Below, piece after piece: positions 51,207-64,000 of a stretch of DNA of 64,000 nt. A program made the position numbers and the translations under genes. Source of the DNA: the human T2T-CHM13v2.0 reference genome, Homo sapiens. The stretch is taken from assembly GCF_009914755.1 (NCBI RefSeq), contig NC_060927.1; one strand, given 5' to 3'. The notes under the pieces were generated by a model, which did not search any database, was not told the DNA's origin, and saw nothing but the letters and a program-made list of their open reading frames with translations. Positions within the stretch are counted from its first letter, which is position 1. Each line of letters starts with the position of its first letter.

Positions 51207-53249
51207 CCTATTTTTAAATGAATAAGGAATATCTAGACTCAACCTGTGGTTCTATTACAGGATGAAAAATACTATTCCAATGATAATTTCTTACTTTTTA
51301 ACTCATAATCCATTTTTGGCAACCCTGGTAACTGTAATGTAAACCATTATAGTGGTAGATGGAATGGAATACTGGTCCAGAATTTTAAAGTTAAACCATC
51401 AGAGATTTAGGTGTTAGTTGCCTTCTAGGGGCATTGACTGATCACTAAAAGCAAATTTTTAATATTTTTAGAATTGTATTCCATAGTACCAAAATATGTG
51501 TTACTTTCTAAGCCCTATCTTTAGATTCCTAAATATGGAGTATACAAAGTATAACAGTATGTGCATTTTATTATTATAGATCTCAAGATAACATCAGCCT
51601 TTAGATTTTGAAAAAATAGAGTATAGATATGTGCCATGTGACATTAAGGAATGTGTAATTTATTATTCTTATTCACTAACTGGTTTGGTGCATATTATTG
51701 ATGATTCTTGAATCTTCCTTTGTTTGAATGTGGTACCTGTACATAATATTAAAATCAAAAGATGCAAAGGGATATCCCATGAAGAGCAAGTCTCCTTTCT
51801 TCTCCTGTAACCCAGGATTCTCAGTGTTGATTCCCTGGCTTAGTGATACTGTCATAAGCACTGCTTGGCAAATTCCTCTTGGGCAATAGAAGCCTTGATG
51901 ACAGATTCACCTCTCTGAATTTCCATCTTCTGAATCTTGGCCAAGCAATTCCTCACTCATTTTTAGCTCTTTTAATGCCTTTAAAATGTTATTTTTTTCT
52001 CATTATTTTGTCTAGGTTTTTTTTTTTTTTTTTTTTTTTTTAGTTTTCCTGAGGAGGAAAGTTAGTACAAATTACTTAATCTTTCACGGCAGAAGTGGAA
52101 GTTCATACATGTATTTAATCAAATCAACATGACAATTTAGGTCTTAGATTAAATGCTGTTTTGCTTTTAACTGTAAAAATTCTGTTATTTATGTACAAAT
52201 TTTCCAGAACAATTGCTGTTTTCCTGGTATTGTCAAAACACATTATTACTTATAAACAGGAAGAATCATTACTAGTAATCCGAAATGTGTGAATGATTTA
52301 AAAACATTTATTTTGCCAATAAACATCCCACTTTTAATCTTTCCAAAACCAAACAGATGAATAAAACGTTGATTTGGCTTGACACTTTCTGTCCTTTTAA
52401 TGGAAGGTTCAATGAAAATAGTTTTATTTTATAGTCTCTTAGGGAAGAGTTCTTTCTTTATGGCCCAGTGATTACTGTTTGTGGGAAAAATTGTTAGTTA
52501 GGCTTGAGAGGATGCTATTAGGGAGGTTGCTGTGACCTCAGCTGGTGGCTAGGGAAGCTGTTGCTAATAGTTCAAGAGCACTTTATTTTTCTTACTAATT
52601 GTATAACACCAGCAGCTTGGATAATATTACCCAAGGTCAAATATGGATCTCAAAAAATCATCTTTCACAATTATCAGTAATTCACGTCTTCGCTGTGAAA
52701 CTGTAACTTGTTTTTGATGGGAAGTATGAAACAGAGCCTCTGAAAATGGAACCTGGCAACTGAAGACGTGTTGCTTGATATTATTTTTTCATTCCTTTTG
52801 AATGTATTTAGCTACTCCTTAGTGGCACCCAGTCTTTTCAGATTGAGATGTTTCACAAGTATGGTGGAGACCATATGTGCAGAAAAGTGGAGAAGCAAGT
52901 AGAAATGGATATACAGCCACCCTGGGTGCTGACCTGTTCCTGCACTGGACTCAGCTGGCTAGCAAGGGTGGGGAGCAGATGTAGGGGATGCAAACAGGGC
53001 TAGGACACGACAGAGAGCCATCGCTTAGGCTTACTGCTGCAGCAGCAGTGGCAGCATGAGCAGTTCACACCCAGATTTAGTAGGCTAACTGGGTACTCAG
53101 GAGCTCAGTGTTGGGACTGTTACCACATGGGAAAGCCACCCAGAATATAACTCTAGTCATTTCAACAGAGTTACTGTTTTTAGAAGCGTAAAATTCCAAA
53201 GAAACCCTACTAAATTACATTTTCCATCATAAGTCTTAAAAAAAGTTCA

Positions 53250-53650
53250 TATCCTTAACCCAGCATTTCCATTTCTAGAATTTATTCTGAAGAAACAATG
53301 AGATGTTCAAACAGATTTATGTGAAAGGATATTTATCACAGTGTTATTTGGAATGAAAAAGAATGGAAGCCATGTAACTGTGCAACAATGGGGAACTGGC
53401 TAAGTGTTGGAATACAACATCATACTGTACATTAAAATAATGAGAAACCATGATATATTAAGTGAAAAACCAGATTACAAGACAATATGTTCACTATGAT
53501 ATCAATGTAAAAAAGAAATGTATTTATATGGAAATATACTAATATGACATTATGGGAGCTGTAATTTTTTTCTTTCCCTTAAGCTTTTCTATAGTTTCCA
53601 AATTTTCTACAATAAACATGCATTCCTCTTATAACTATAAATAAATATCA
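53250..53650 (+). mobile_element. Old L1ME-like fragment
   Basis: aacccagcatttccatttctagaatttattctgaagaaacaat...ttaagtgaaaaaccagattacaa. Confidence 0.6.
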
Positions 53651-53667
53651 ATACTTTCTAAAAGTTG

Positions 53668-53978
<311 letters not shown>

Positions 53979-54144
53979 GTTATACTTGTTAGAAATGCGG
54001 TTTATTTCTAGTTTAATGGTTTGCATAATTCTTTTAAAAATTTAAAAGTTTTTTTCTTGATATGATAGAAATGATAGAAAATTAACTACTCGGGTAGTTG
54101 TTAACTTTTGCCAATTTTATTTCATAAGATTATCATCAGCTCTG

Positions 54145-54308
54145 CCTAATTGTGTGTGTATGTATATATATATATACCTAATTGTATACTAATTGTAATT
54201 AGGTATATATATATATATACCTAATTGTGTGTGTATGTGTGTATATATATATATATATACCTAATTGTATACTAATTGTAATTAGGTATATATATATATA
54301 TACCTAAT

Positions 54309-54340
<32 letters not shown>

Positions 54341-54368
54341 CCTAATTGTGTATATATATATATCTAAT

Positions 54369-54411
<43 letters not shown>
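54145..54411. repeat. Compound (TG)n/(TA)n repeat punctuated by CCTAATTG, containing perfect palindromes
   Basis: AATTAGG(TA)8CCTAATT at 54197-54226 and 54280-54309. Confidence 0.93.
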
Positions 54412-54415
<4 letters not shown>

Positions 54416-56503
54416 CCCACTCAAGTGAATTAGTCAAGTCAATGTTTTTTTTTTTTCTAAGTATGAATAGACTCTAGTAAGAAGCAAGGAAGCACAGTTT
54501 CAAATTCCTTGCTGGTTAGCTCAAAAAAGCCTTTGCTTCTGATTAAAGTGAAACATTATACATTCAAATTTTGTGAATGATCTATTGGTAAGGCTAGTAA
54601 TTAAAAACATTCATTTTAAACACATGCTTTTTCTGAGTTCTAACATGTTATCATATTATTAATTTTTTTAAAAAAAAGAGTTTTTAGGTTTTTAGCCTTT
54701 CGTTTTGGTAGTAAACTGATTGTTGATAGATACTAGAATCATCTTACCAGTATTTTGACCATACTGAAAAAATGACCTGTGAATCAGAAAAATCTGTGGA
54801 ATTTGATATTATGGCAAAAACCGTTAAATTCTGAAAACAAACAAACCCAGATGTTGCTTTGTGAGAGTTCTATCTGCATCCCTATAAAATAACTTAGAGG
54901 GTATAGTATAGTACACTGTGGCAACTGAGTCTTATTTTTAGGGAAAGAAATTAGAGTCCAAATCAATGATTTTTGCCCTCCAGCTGGAAGGCACTTTCTG
55001 GAAATAGGCAGGGAATCAATGCTGAAAATAAGTGATTTCTTTTAAGTACTCATACAGTAAAATACAAAACTTGAGCTGCCTTCTGTATGAGAGTGAACAA
55101 GGGCTGCAGAGACTCTGATTTTTCCTAAGCCTCTACAGGGTCAAGAGGATTTGGGAGGCTGCCCACGTGGTGCCTACCAAGCATGCTCTGGAATATCCTC
55201 TGTGAGCAGCTTGTTTTCTTTAACTCTCACTCCAAAATAAGTGGTATTTCAGCTTTAGGGATAAATAAACTGCTTTTGAAATCTAAAAGTAGAGAAGGAA
55301 ATGGCCTCCTTTGACCATCTGAGTGATGTGAGGTGTACTTAAGAGCTTGCCTGGTTGTTATGCGATATAGGCCCAGGGAGTATGGCTGCAGATTCTCTGC
55401 CATTAAGAAATTTCATTCTCCACAAGAAGGAAGGGGATTGATAAATGCACAGATGACTAATATAAGACAGAAGAAGGTCAGGTGCCATAAGAGAATCCCA
55501 CACAAAATGAGGAGGAAGGATAGCATGTGATACCTGGAGGGAATCAGAGAAGGATTCCTGAGAAATGACAGCTGAAGTATATCTTGTAAGATAAAGTTTT
55601 TATTTGTTTGTTTGTTTTAACCGGATTAAGAAGCTAGAAATGAAATGAAGGATTATAATGAGACTTCATCTGTCTTTCAGGAATCCTTTCACCTGAATTT
55701 TCAAATGATCACATACCTTAAACCTAATACGATTTATGATGGAATTAATTTGAATTGACTGATTTTTTAAAAGCATTCTATTTCCATAGCTTATATGAAA
55801 GAAAATTGTTTGTCATTGACTTAGATTTGTTGTGTACCTAATAAAGCCTAGCTGGTTCACTGTCACCCCAGAAATGTTCTAATTAGCATCAAGTCTTGCA
55901 TAAGATATTTTCCTGTCACTTCTGAATGCCTTGTAGATGGGTGAAATGTTACCTCTTAAATCATTTTTGATCTTCAGATGTAAGTAATAGTTTACATTGG
56001 TTAAAGTCAGGCACACTTTTTTTTATTATTGTTCATTGTTATCTCCTATTGTCAACAAGCCTTGGAAGTGCAATAAAGCAGGAGTGGCATGCTTTGGTGC
56101 CTGTGAGGGCTAGGCAGCTGGGAACTATGGCAAATAGAGAGTGCCTTCCTTCTTTGCAGGGGACAGAAACTTTTCAGCTCTAGCCAGCTGTCACCATGAG
56201 GGATCGGGGGCCAGTGTAGCCAGAGTTTCCAATGGTTTTAAGAGAAATGTAAAATCTGGATGATTATCTGAAATTTCTCTATTTTTAAATGTTGGTAACT
56301 AATTCATATTTTCAAAAAACATGGTGCTGGTCAAATAAAACCTGCCTATAGGATATGAACAGTGCAACAGCCACCTGTTTGCAACCTTTACTTTAAGACA
56401 TACTCACTAGAAATTACGAAAATTCCTCACAGGCCCAGGCATAAAGAAAGATAACATTACAAACAATACCCCTAAACCTTTTATTATGGAATATTTCAAA
56501 CAC

Positions 56504-57073
56504 TGAAAATAAGAAAATAAACATAATTTAAAAGCTATTGGATCTCCCAAAAAACCCTTTAAGGACTGAGATACATATGACTGTGATCTGAGTCACATAT
56601 GGTTCCAACTTGTTTTTCAGATTATAGACTAACTTGCTTTCTTAATTTTCTTGTTCAGTACAATGACTAGAAAGAATTAAACCAAGTCAAGGACAAAAAC
56701 TTCTTGCCTTCTTAATTAATGACCCTTATGATAGATTAACTTCTTCCTCTTTGTTGTCCTGCTTTGCTTAGATCAGGTGACAGAAAACCCATGACTATTA
56801 CATTCTGTAAAAAGTGTTAAATGTACCCTTCCCAAAAAGAAACATTCCCTATAACCAATCAAATTGCTGTAACTATGTGCCAGTCTTGTATGAAAAATGT
56901 TGTAATCCTGCTAAAAATTCCTCTGTCTCTGCCTGTATAACTGACACCTTAACTTCCCTACTTCAGAACACTGACTCCATTCCTTTGGAGTTGGTGTTTT
57001 CAGGTGGGCCATCCTCACGCTTTGCACTCTCCGTAAATTAGATTCTGACCATTTTGATTCTTTTAGGTTGACA
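56504..57073 (+). mobile_element. Solo LTR, ERV1 class (MER34/MER39-like; subfamily uncertain)
   Basis: TG...CA ends (tgaaaataag...ttttaggttgaca), CCAAT and TATA-like motifs, interrupts an L1M-like fragment. Confidence 0.7.
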
Positions 57074-57461
57074 AAAGCTAGAATATTATAATGAACCCCT
57101 TTGTACATACCAACCAGTTTAGACAATTATCAACTCATAGCTAGTCTTGTTTCATCCCACCCACTTCCCCCATTTACTCAGATTATTTTTAAGCAAATCC
57201 TAGATGTCATATAGTTTCATCTGTAAATATTTCAGCATGCATCTCTAAAACACAAGGACTCCTTAAAATATATAATTGCTATGCTACTTTCCCACCAACA
57301 AAAATTAACAATAATTTCTTAATGTCATTAAATATTCAATGTTCCAAAACCCCCTGCTAATTATTACAATTTTTTTCCATTTTCATTTGTCTAATAAGTA
57401 TCAAAATACATTGCAGTGGTTGAAATGTCTTGATAAATCCCTTGTCATGTGTGAATGACCA

Positions 57462-58211
57462 TGTTACTGGAAAGGGGACCTGATCCAGACCTGAAGAGAG
57501 TGTTCTTGGATCTCGTGCAAGAAAGAATTTGGAACAAGTCCACAGTGCAACATGAAAGCAAGTTTGTTAAGAAAATAAAGTGGTGAAAGAATAGCTACTC
57601 CATAGACAGAGTAGGGCATTTCTGAAAGAGGAGAAAAGCACCCACCTTGTTTATATATAGGATATATATATAAATGCTTGTTTATATATAGGATATATAT
57701 ATAAATGCTTGTTTATATATAGGATATATATATAAATGCTTGTTTATATATAGGATATATATATAAATGCTTGTTTATATATAGGATATATATATAAATG
57801 CTTGTTTATATATAGGATACATATATAAATGCTTGTTTATATATAGGATATATATATAAATGCTTGTTTATATATAGGATAACAACAACAACAACAAAAT
57901 CATGGGGAGATGCACTCTACTACAAGGGTTTGTGATAAAGGATTAATTTTCTTAATTACTATATTTTTCAAGAATCGATATTATTAAAGCAAAATTAGGA
58001 ATGCTTCTGTGCTAGAGATAACGGGATGTTAGGACCATTCCTGAGTCTGGGTCTGTTTAGTAAACGTTATCAATCTGTTTCCTTAACCGTAAACATCTAG
58101 AGGCTAGGAATACCTAACTTCCGGGGAATGCAGCCCAACAAGTCTTAGCCTCATTTTTTCTAGCCCTCACTCAAGATGAAGTCACTCTGGTTCAAATGAA
58201 TGCTTCTGACA
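57462..58211 (-). mobile_element. Solo LTR, MER41 family (ERV1)
   Basis: Minus strand begins TGTCAGAAGCATT...TGAACCAGAGTGACTTCATCTTGAG; TG/CA ends; 4-bp TSD ACCA (57458-57461, 58212-58215). Confidence 0.88.
57646..57881. repeat. 31-bp minisatellite, about 7.6 copies
   Basis: Unit CTTGTTTATATATAGGATATATATATAAATG starting at 57646, 57677, 57708, 57739, 57770, 57801, 57832, 57863 (partial). Confidence 0.97.
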
Positions 58212-58406
58212 ACCATGTATTTTAATAAAAATAAAAATTTCTAATAAAGAAGAGAAAACTAACAAACTTCTGTCCATAGGAGGAAACCCAGTGTTCTGAT
58301 GATTTGGTGACTAGTGTGATATGTTTTCCAGGAACTAGGTAAGTACCAAATATCATGTAGATACTGACTCCATTACCCTATTATCTGAGTACTCTGAGTA
58401 CTCTTC

Positions 58407-58754
<348 letters not shown>

Positions 58755-58927
58755 TCAAGTAAAAAAATCATAAAAATGATACATTAGGAAGACATCAGCA
58801 AAAATGATGGAGTAAGAATCTCCAAAAATTATCTTCTGTATAAAAACAATGAGCAAATTTGCAAAAATGGTCTCAATCAATTTTTTTAGAACTGTGAAAT
58901 TAACCAAAGGCTTGCAGCAATCAGGAG

Positions 58928-59569
58928 TGTTCTCGGACCAAACTGAAGGTCAGGCTGCTATTTCTTGTGGCCCAATAACGAGATGCAGATGAACTGGGGG
59001 AGGAAGAGAGTTTTTATTTCTGCAACTGGTTATAGGGAGAAGGCCTGGAAATTATCACCAGACCAACCCAAAATTACAAAGTTTTCCAGAGCTTATATAC
59101 CTCCTAAGCTATATGTCTATGTGTAAGTGTGCATTCATCTAAAGACTTAAGTGATTAACTTTTTTAACATATAACTAAGGTCTAAGTCCTGAATACCTTC
59201 CTCTGGAGCCTCAGTAAATTTACTTAATCTAAATGGGTCCAGGTACTGGAGTGATTACCCTTATCTTGTCTCCTGCTAAATCATGGAAGTTTGGGGATTC
59301 CTTCAGACCCCCAATAAACTTGTTTGTGGAGGCCTGGGCAGTTTCTTCAGACCCCCAATAAAACTTGTTCTTAAATGGGTCCTGTTAAGAATTCCTTTGT
59401 TATTTTGTTATGCTTTAAGGCCCAGGAAAGGTCTAGGCAAAACTCTTGATGGGCTTTTGTTACATCCCAGCCTTTGTATAAGGGCACTAGCTTTTAATAT
59501 TTAACTTAACCACTCAGTACTGAAACAGTTGTTATGGAGGCCTGCATTAGTGAGACCTGGCCTACCACA
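58928..59569 (-). mobile_element. Solo LTR, probably ERVL class (LTR47-like; name uncertain)
   Basis: TG...CA ends; exact 5-bp TSD AGGAG (58923-58927, 59570-59574); minus-strand TATA-like motif and AATAAA. Confidence 0.8.
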
Positions 59570-60617
59570 AGGAGAGCATTAATTCTAAAAAGATGGCTGA
59601 ATCGGGTAAAAATAGCAATCATGGTGCCATTTTCATTTGCCCTATTCCCATTCCCCCTTCTTCATTTCTGCAGAAGCTTTGAAAACCATCAGCCCTTAGT
59701 CATACAAACCAGCAGCCTGGCAGTCAATAAAAGAGCAGAAGGGGGTTGGTGAACTATTAAAGCCCCCTTCACAGAGAATTGTCATTATTTTACCTGTCTG
59801 AAGAGTCCCTGGAAGTTTCTATTTGCATGGCTTTTTTAAAATCTGAATCAGGAACTCAAGTGTAGAAAAATACTTATCACAGGGGCATTTGTTGAAAACA
59901 ATTAAAAGCAATTGATTGACTTTGTGACTGCCTCAGGCAGTCAGTAACAGTTGGGGTAGACAATAGGCTAAACAGAAAGCTTAAAAGGAAAACTGGGCAA
60001 TGAGATATCCACAGGGCCTTTGAAAAGCCCTGACATATTCTTAGGAATCTACAAGGCCACCTGCATGAATAGGGCTGTGTACATGCTGAAGAAAAACTTG
60101 ATATTACTTCTAGATGGTGAGATTAAAAAAATAATAAGCAAACTGAGTAGGTCCCAAGCTCTCACATCTGGCCAGTTTTGAGATGGAACAAGCAGGAAGT
60201 GAAGGATAAGGCAGAATTGCCAATTACCCAATTGAATGTTGAAGGCATGCCCCAACACACACCCAGATCCCTTCTGCAAAAAGTGGCAGACTTATTGGTT
60301 CCAGAGCTTTAAATCTCTGTCTAGTCATTAGCTGACTACTAAGCTAACTGAGCAGAGACATCAGTAGCTATATATGACAAAGAATACAGCCTTTACAGCA
60401 TTGGTTTTAAAAAGTCACTAAACAACTTGGAGAAGGAAGAAGAATCTCATTTTCAGAATTGCCACATTATATTATTTAAAATGTCAATTTTTCAATAAAA
60501 AGTTATGAGATATGCAAAGAAGAATACATGGACCATAGAGAGGAAAATAAAAATAACTCCAATAGAAACTGTTCCCAAGGAAGCCTGGATGTTGGACTTA
60601 GTAGATAAAGATTTTAA

Positions 60618-60938
60618 GACTGGGCATGGTGGCTCATGCCTGTAATCCCAGAAATGTGGAAGGCCAAGGCAGGAGGATAACTTGGGCCCTGGAGTTCCAG
60701 TTTGAGACCAGCCTAAGCAATATAGTGAGATCCCATCTCTACAAAAAAAAATTTGTTTTAATTAGCTGGATGTGGTGGTATGTGCCTGTGGTCCCAGTTA
60801 TTCAAGAGGCTAAGGTGGGAGGATCACTTGAGCCTGGGAGGTCAAGGCTGCAGTGAGCTGTGATTGTACCACTGCACTCCAGCCTGGATAACAGATTGAG
60901 ACTCTGCCTCAAAAAAAAAAAAAAAAAAGAAAAAAAAG
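60618..60938 (+). mobile_element. Alu (J-like)
   Basis: Dimer with tail inside L1; aaagattt flanks. Confidence 0.92.
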
Positions 60939-61003
60939 ATTTATGGGCAAAGAAGCAAAGCAAAGCAAAGAAGCAAAGCAAGCAATGTCTAAAGAATGAA
61001 AAA

Positions 61004-61317
61004 GGCCAGACATGGTGGCTCATGTCTGTAATCCCAGCACTTTGGGAGGCTGAGGCAGGTGGATCACGAGGTCAGGAGATTGAGACCATCTGGGCCAATA
61101 TGGTGAAACCCTGTCTCTACTAAAAATACAAAAATTAGCTGGGTGTGGTGGTGCACACCTGTAATCCCAGCTACTTGGGAGGCTGAGGCAGGAGAATCAC
61201 TTTAATTTGGGAGGTGGAGATTGCAGTGAGCTGAGATCACACCACCGTACTCCAGCCTGACGACAGAATGAGATGCTGTTTAAGAAAAAGAAAAAAAAGA
61301 AAAAAAAAAGAAAGAAA
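61004..61317 (+). mobile_element. Alu (S-like)
   Basis: Dimer with tail inside L1. Confidence 0.93.
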
Positions 61318-62125
61318 GTATGACTGATTGACTGATGTTTTGACAAATAGAAATATCAATAAAGAGATCAAATTTTGTTTAAGAAGAGAGAACCAAATAG
61401 AAATTCTAGAGTTGAAAATATAGAAACTGAAATAAAAATCCACTAGAGTGGCTCAACAGCAAACTTGAGCAGGCAGATGAAACAATCAGTGAACTTGATA
61501 GATTGAGATTATCCAATCTAAGGAACATAAAGAAAAAAGAATGAAGAAAAGTGAACAGTTTTTAGAGACCTGTAGGACACCATCAGTCATACAAACATAT
61601 GCATAATGGGAGTCTCAAAAGAGAGGTGGGAAAGAGGGATAAAGAATATTTGAAGAAATAATGGCCAAAAACAGTTCAAGTTTGATGAAAAATATTTGTC
61701 TATGCACCCAAGACCTAAAATAACTCCAAATAAAATAAAACCAAAGAAATCCATACCTAGATACATGATAATCAAACTGTGTTGAATCTTTAAAGCAGCA
61801 AAAGAGAAGTGACTCATCACACACAAGGAATTCTAAATAAGATTAACACGTGATTTCTCACCAGAAATCACGGAGGCCAGAAGGCAGTGGGATGATATAT
61901 TCAAAGTGCTGAGAGAAAAAGATTGTGAATCAAGAATTCCATATCTAGAAAAACTATCCTTCAAAAATGAATGAGAAAATAAGACATTCCTGTATAAACA
62001 TATCCTGAGAGAATTCATTGCTTTAAAATCTGCCCTACAAAAAAATACTAAAGGGATTAATGCAGACTGAAATGAGAGGACAGTAAGCAATAACTCAAAT
62101 CCACATGAAAAATAAAAAGCACTGG

Positions 62126-62578
62126 TGTGTTAGTTTCTGAGGGCTGCTGTAACAAATTACTACAAACTGGGTGGCTTAAAACAACAGAGATTTATTCTCT
62201 CACAGTTCTAGAGGCTAGAAATTCAAAATCTGGCAGGGACACATTTTTTCCAGGGCTCAAGGGAAGAACCCATTCCTTGCCTCTTCCAGTTTCTTATGGC
62301 TTGCCCAGAATTCCTGGGCTTATAGTTACATCAATCCAATCTCTGCCTTGTCTTCACATCACCCTTTCCTCTGCGTCTGTCTTCTCCTGTGTGTGTGTAT
62401 TATAAGGACACTTGTTAGATTTAGGGCCCACCTGGATGATCTCATCTCAAAATCCTTAACTGTCTTACATCTTCAAAGATCTTTTGTTTTTTCTTTTTCA
62501 AATAAGGTAACATTTTCATAGGTTTTGGGGTTTGAGACATGGACATATTTGTAGGCGGCCACCATTTGCCCCTCTACA
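62126..62578 (-). mobile_element. MLT1 (ERVL-MaLR) solo LTR
   Basis: tgtgttagtttctgagggctgctgtaacaaattactacaaactgggtggcttaaaacaacagagatttattctctcacagttctagaggctag, typical of MLT1; ends in ca. Confidence 0.85.
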
Positions 62579-63895
62579 ATCAGTAAAGGTAACTACATAG
62601 GTAAATAAAAAACACAGTGTAAGTATATTTTTGTAACTTTTTCCTCTTAACTAATTTAAAAGATAAGTGCATTAAACAATAATTATAAAATCTGTAATGA
62701 TAGGCAAACAATGTAAAAAAAGGTGTAATTTATATGACAGTAACAGCACAAGGGGGGAGAAGAAACGGAACCATACAGGAGCAAAGTTTTTGTATATTTT
62801 TGAATTAAGTTAGCATTAATTTAAACTAGAGTTTTAAAAGTTAAGGTGTTAATTGTAATCCCCAGGGCTACTACTAAGAAAATAAGTTTTAAAATATGAT
62901 AAAATAAGCAACAGGGGAATTAAAAGAAGTCAGTAATGGAGGAGTAGAAATCAAAAAGGCATAAGACATATAGAAAACAAATAGCAGAATGGTAGAAATA
63001 AGCTCTGCCTTATCAGTAATTACATTAAATGTAAATAAACACTTCAATTAAGAGGCAGAGATTGGCAGAAGACATTTTTAAAAATGATTTCTGTGTTTCT
63101 TACAAAAGACACATTTAGATTTAAGTACACAAATAAGTTGGCAGTAAAAGGATGGAAAAAGATATACCATGCAAACAGTAACCAAAAGAAAACTGGAACC
63201 ACTATACCAATATCAGATACAATAAACCTTAAGACAAAAATTATCAGTAGAAAACAAGGATATTTGATAAGTATTATAAATCAATACACCAAAAAGGTAT
63301 AAAAATTATAAACATATATGTACCCCAAAATAGACTTTAAAAGTGTATTAAGCAAATACTGATAAAAGTGAGGAAAGAAATAGACATTTCAACAACAATA
63401 ATAGTTGGATAATTCAACATCCCACTTTCAATACTGGCAAGAAGACATACACAGAGATAAACAAGAGAATGAAAGACTTGAACAGCACTAAACCAACTAG
63501 ACCTAACGAACCTCTCTAGAATACACCATGCCAAAACAGCAGAGCACATATCTTTTCAAGCACACATGGAACATTCTCCAGTATAGACATATGTTAGGCC
63601 ATAAAGCAAGTATTAATACCTTTTAAAAGATTGGAATCATTCGAAGTATTTTTTGTAACTACAATGGAATGAAATTAGAAATCAATAACAGAAATGTAGG
63701 GAATTCACAAATTTGTCAAAATTAAACAACATATTTCCAAGTACCAATGAGTCAAAGAAGAAATCACAGAGAAAATGAGAAAATAATTCAAGATCAATGA
63801 AAACAAAACATGACAAATTAAAACATATGGCATGCAGTGAAAGCAATGCTTAGAGGGAGATTTACAGCTTCAAATGCCTTAAAAAGAAGGGAAGA

Positions 63896-64000
63896 AGCCA
63901 GGGGGAGTGGTACATTCCTGTAGTCCCAGCTACTTGAGAGGCTGAAGCAAGAGAATCATTTGAGCCCAGGAGTGAGAGGCCATAGTGCACTATTTTCATG
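63896..64000 (+). mobile_element. Partial Alu-family monomer at the window edge
   Basis: cctgtagtcccagctacttgagaggctgaagcaagagaatc. Confidence 0.8.

Larger units (their letters stand above)
58786..63890 (+). mobile_element. Old L1M LINE (5' region, ORF1 and start of ORF2 endonuclease), decayed and interrupted
   Basis: ORF1-like 61340-62120 (aaccaaatagaaattctagagttg; agaattccatatctagaaaaactatccttcaaaaatgaa); ORF2-like from about 62990 (LSVITLNVN, KGWKKIYHANSNQKK). Confidence 0.8.

Noticed and set aside
57646-57881. Regular 31-bp repeat as a possible CRISPR array
   Set aside because: Units are directly adjacent with no unique spacers, no cas genes, and the context is a human LTR
61340-63890. 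L1 ORF1/ORF2 as an active LINE
   Set aside because: Heavily diverged, full of stops, interrupted by an MLT1 LTR and incomplete in this window

Overview
Human (primate) genomic DNA that matches, by translated sequence, the IL17RB - ACTR8 - SELENOK locus (recalled as 3p21.1). Three complete spliced genes were reconstructed by hand with GT-AG junctions and consistent phases: IL17RB (+, 11 exons, 1827-20548, 502 aa), ACTR8/ARP8 (-, 13 exons, 37341-23958, 624 aa) and SELENOK (-, 5 exons, 47028-40798, 94 aa). SELENOK has an in-frame UGA read as selenocysteine and a type II SECIS in its 3' UTR, and is absent from the ORF track. A probable non-coding first exon of CHDH lies head-to-head with IL17RB in the first CpG island. 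The rest is repeat-rich: about 28 Alu copies or fragments, a near full-length Tigger2 transposon in IL17RB intron 10, four solo LTRs, and old L1, L2 and MIR pieces. I found no new protein-coding system. The most unusual signals are: (1) spliced-exon and poly(A) signals antisense inside IL17RB intron 9; (2) a SELENOK last intron whose retention leaves the protein unchanged but moves a hairpin and the SECIS; (3) a 34-bp near-perfect inverted repeat in ACTR8 intron 11; (4) a MER41 LTR with a STAT6-spaced GAS site and an amplified TATA region; (5) an ERSE-like element at SELENOK and a YY1 site at ACTR8. Repeat subfamily names are from memory of consensus sequences and were not checked by search.
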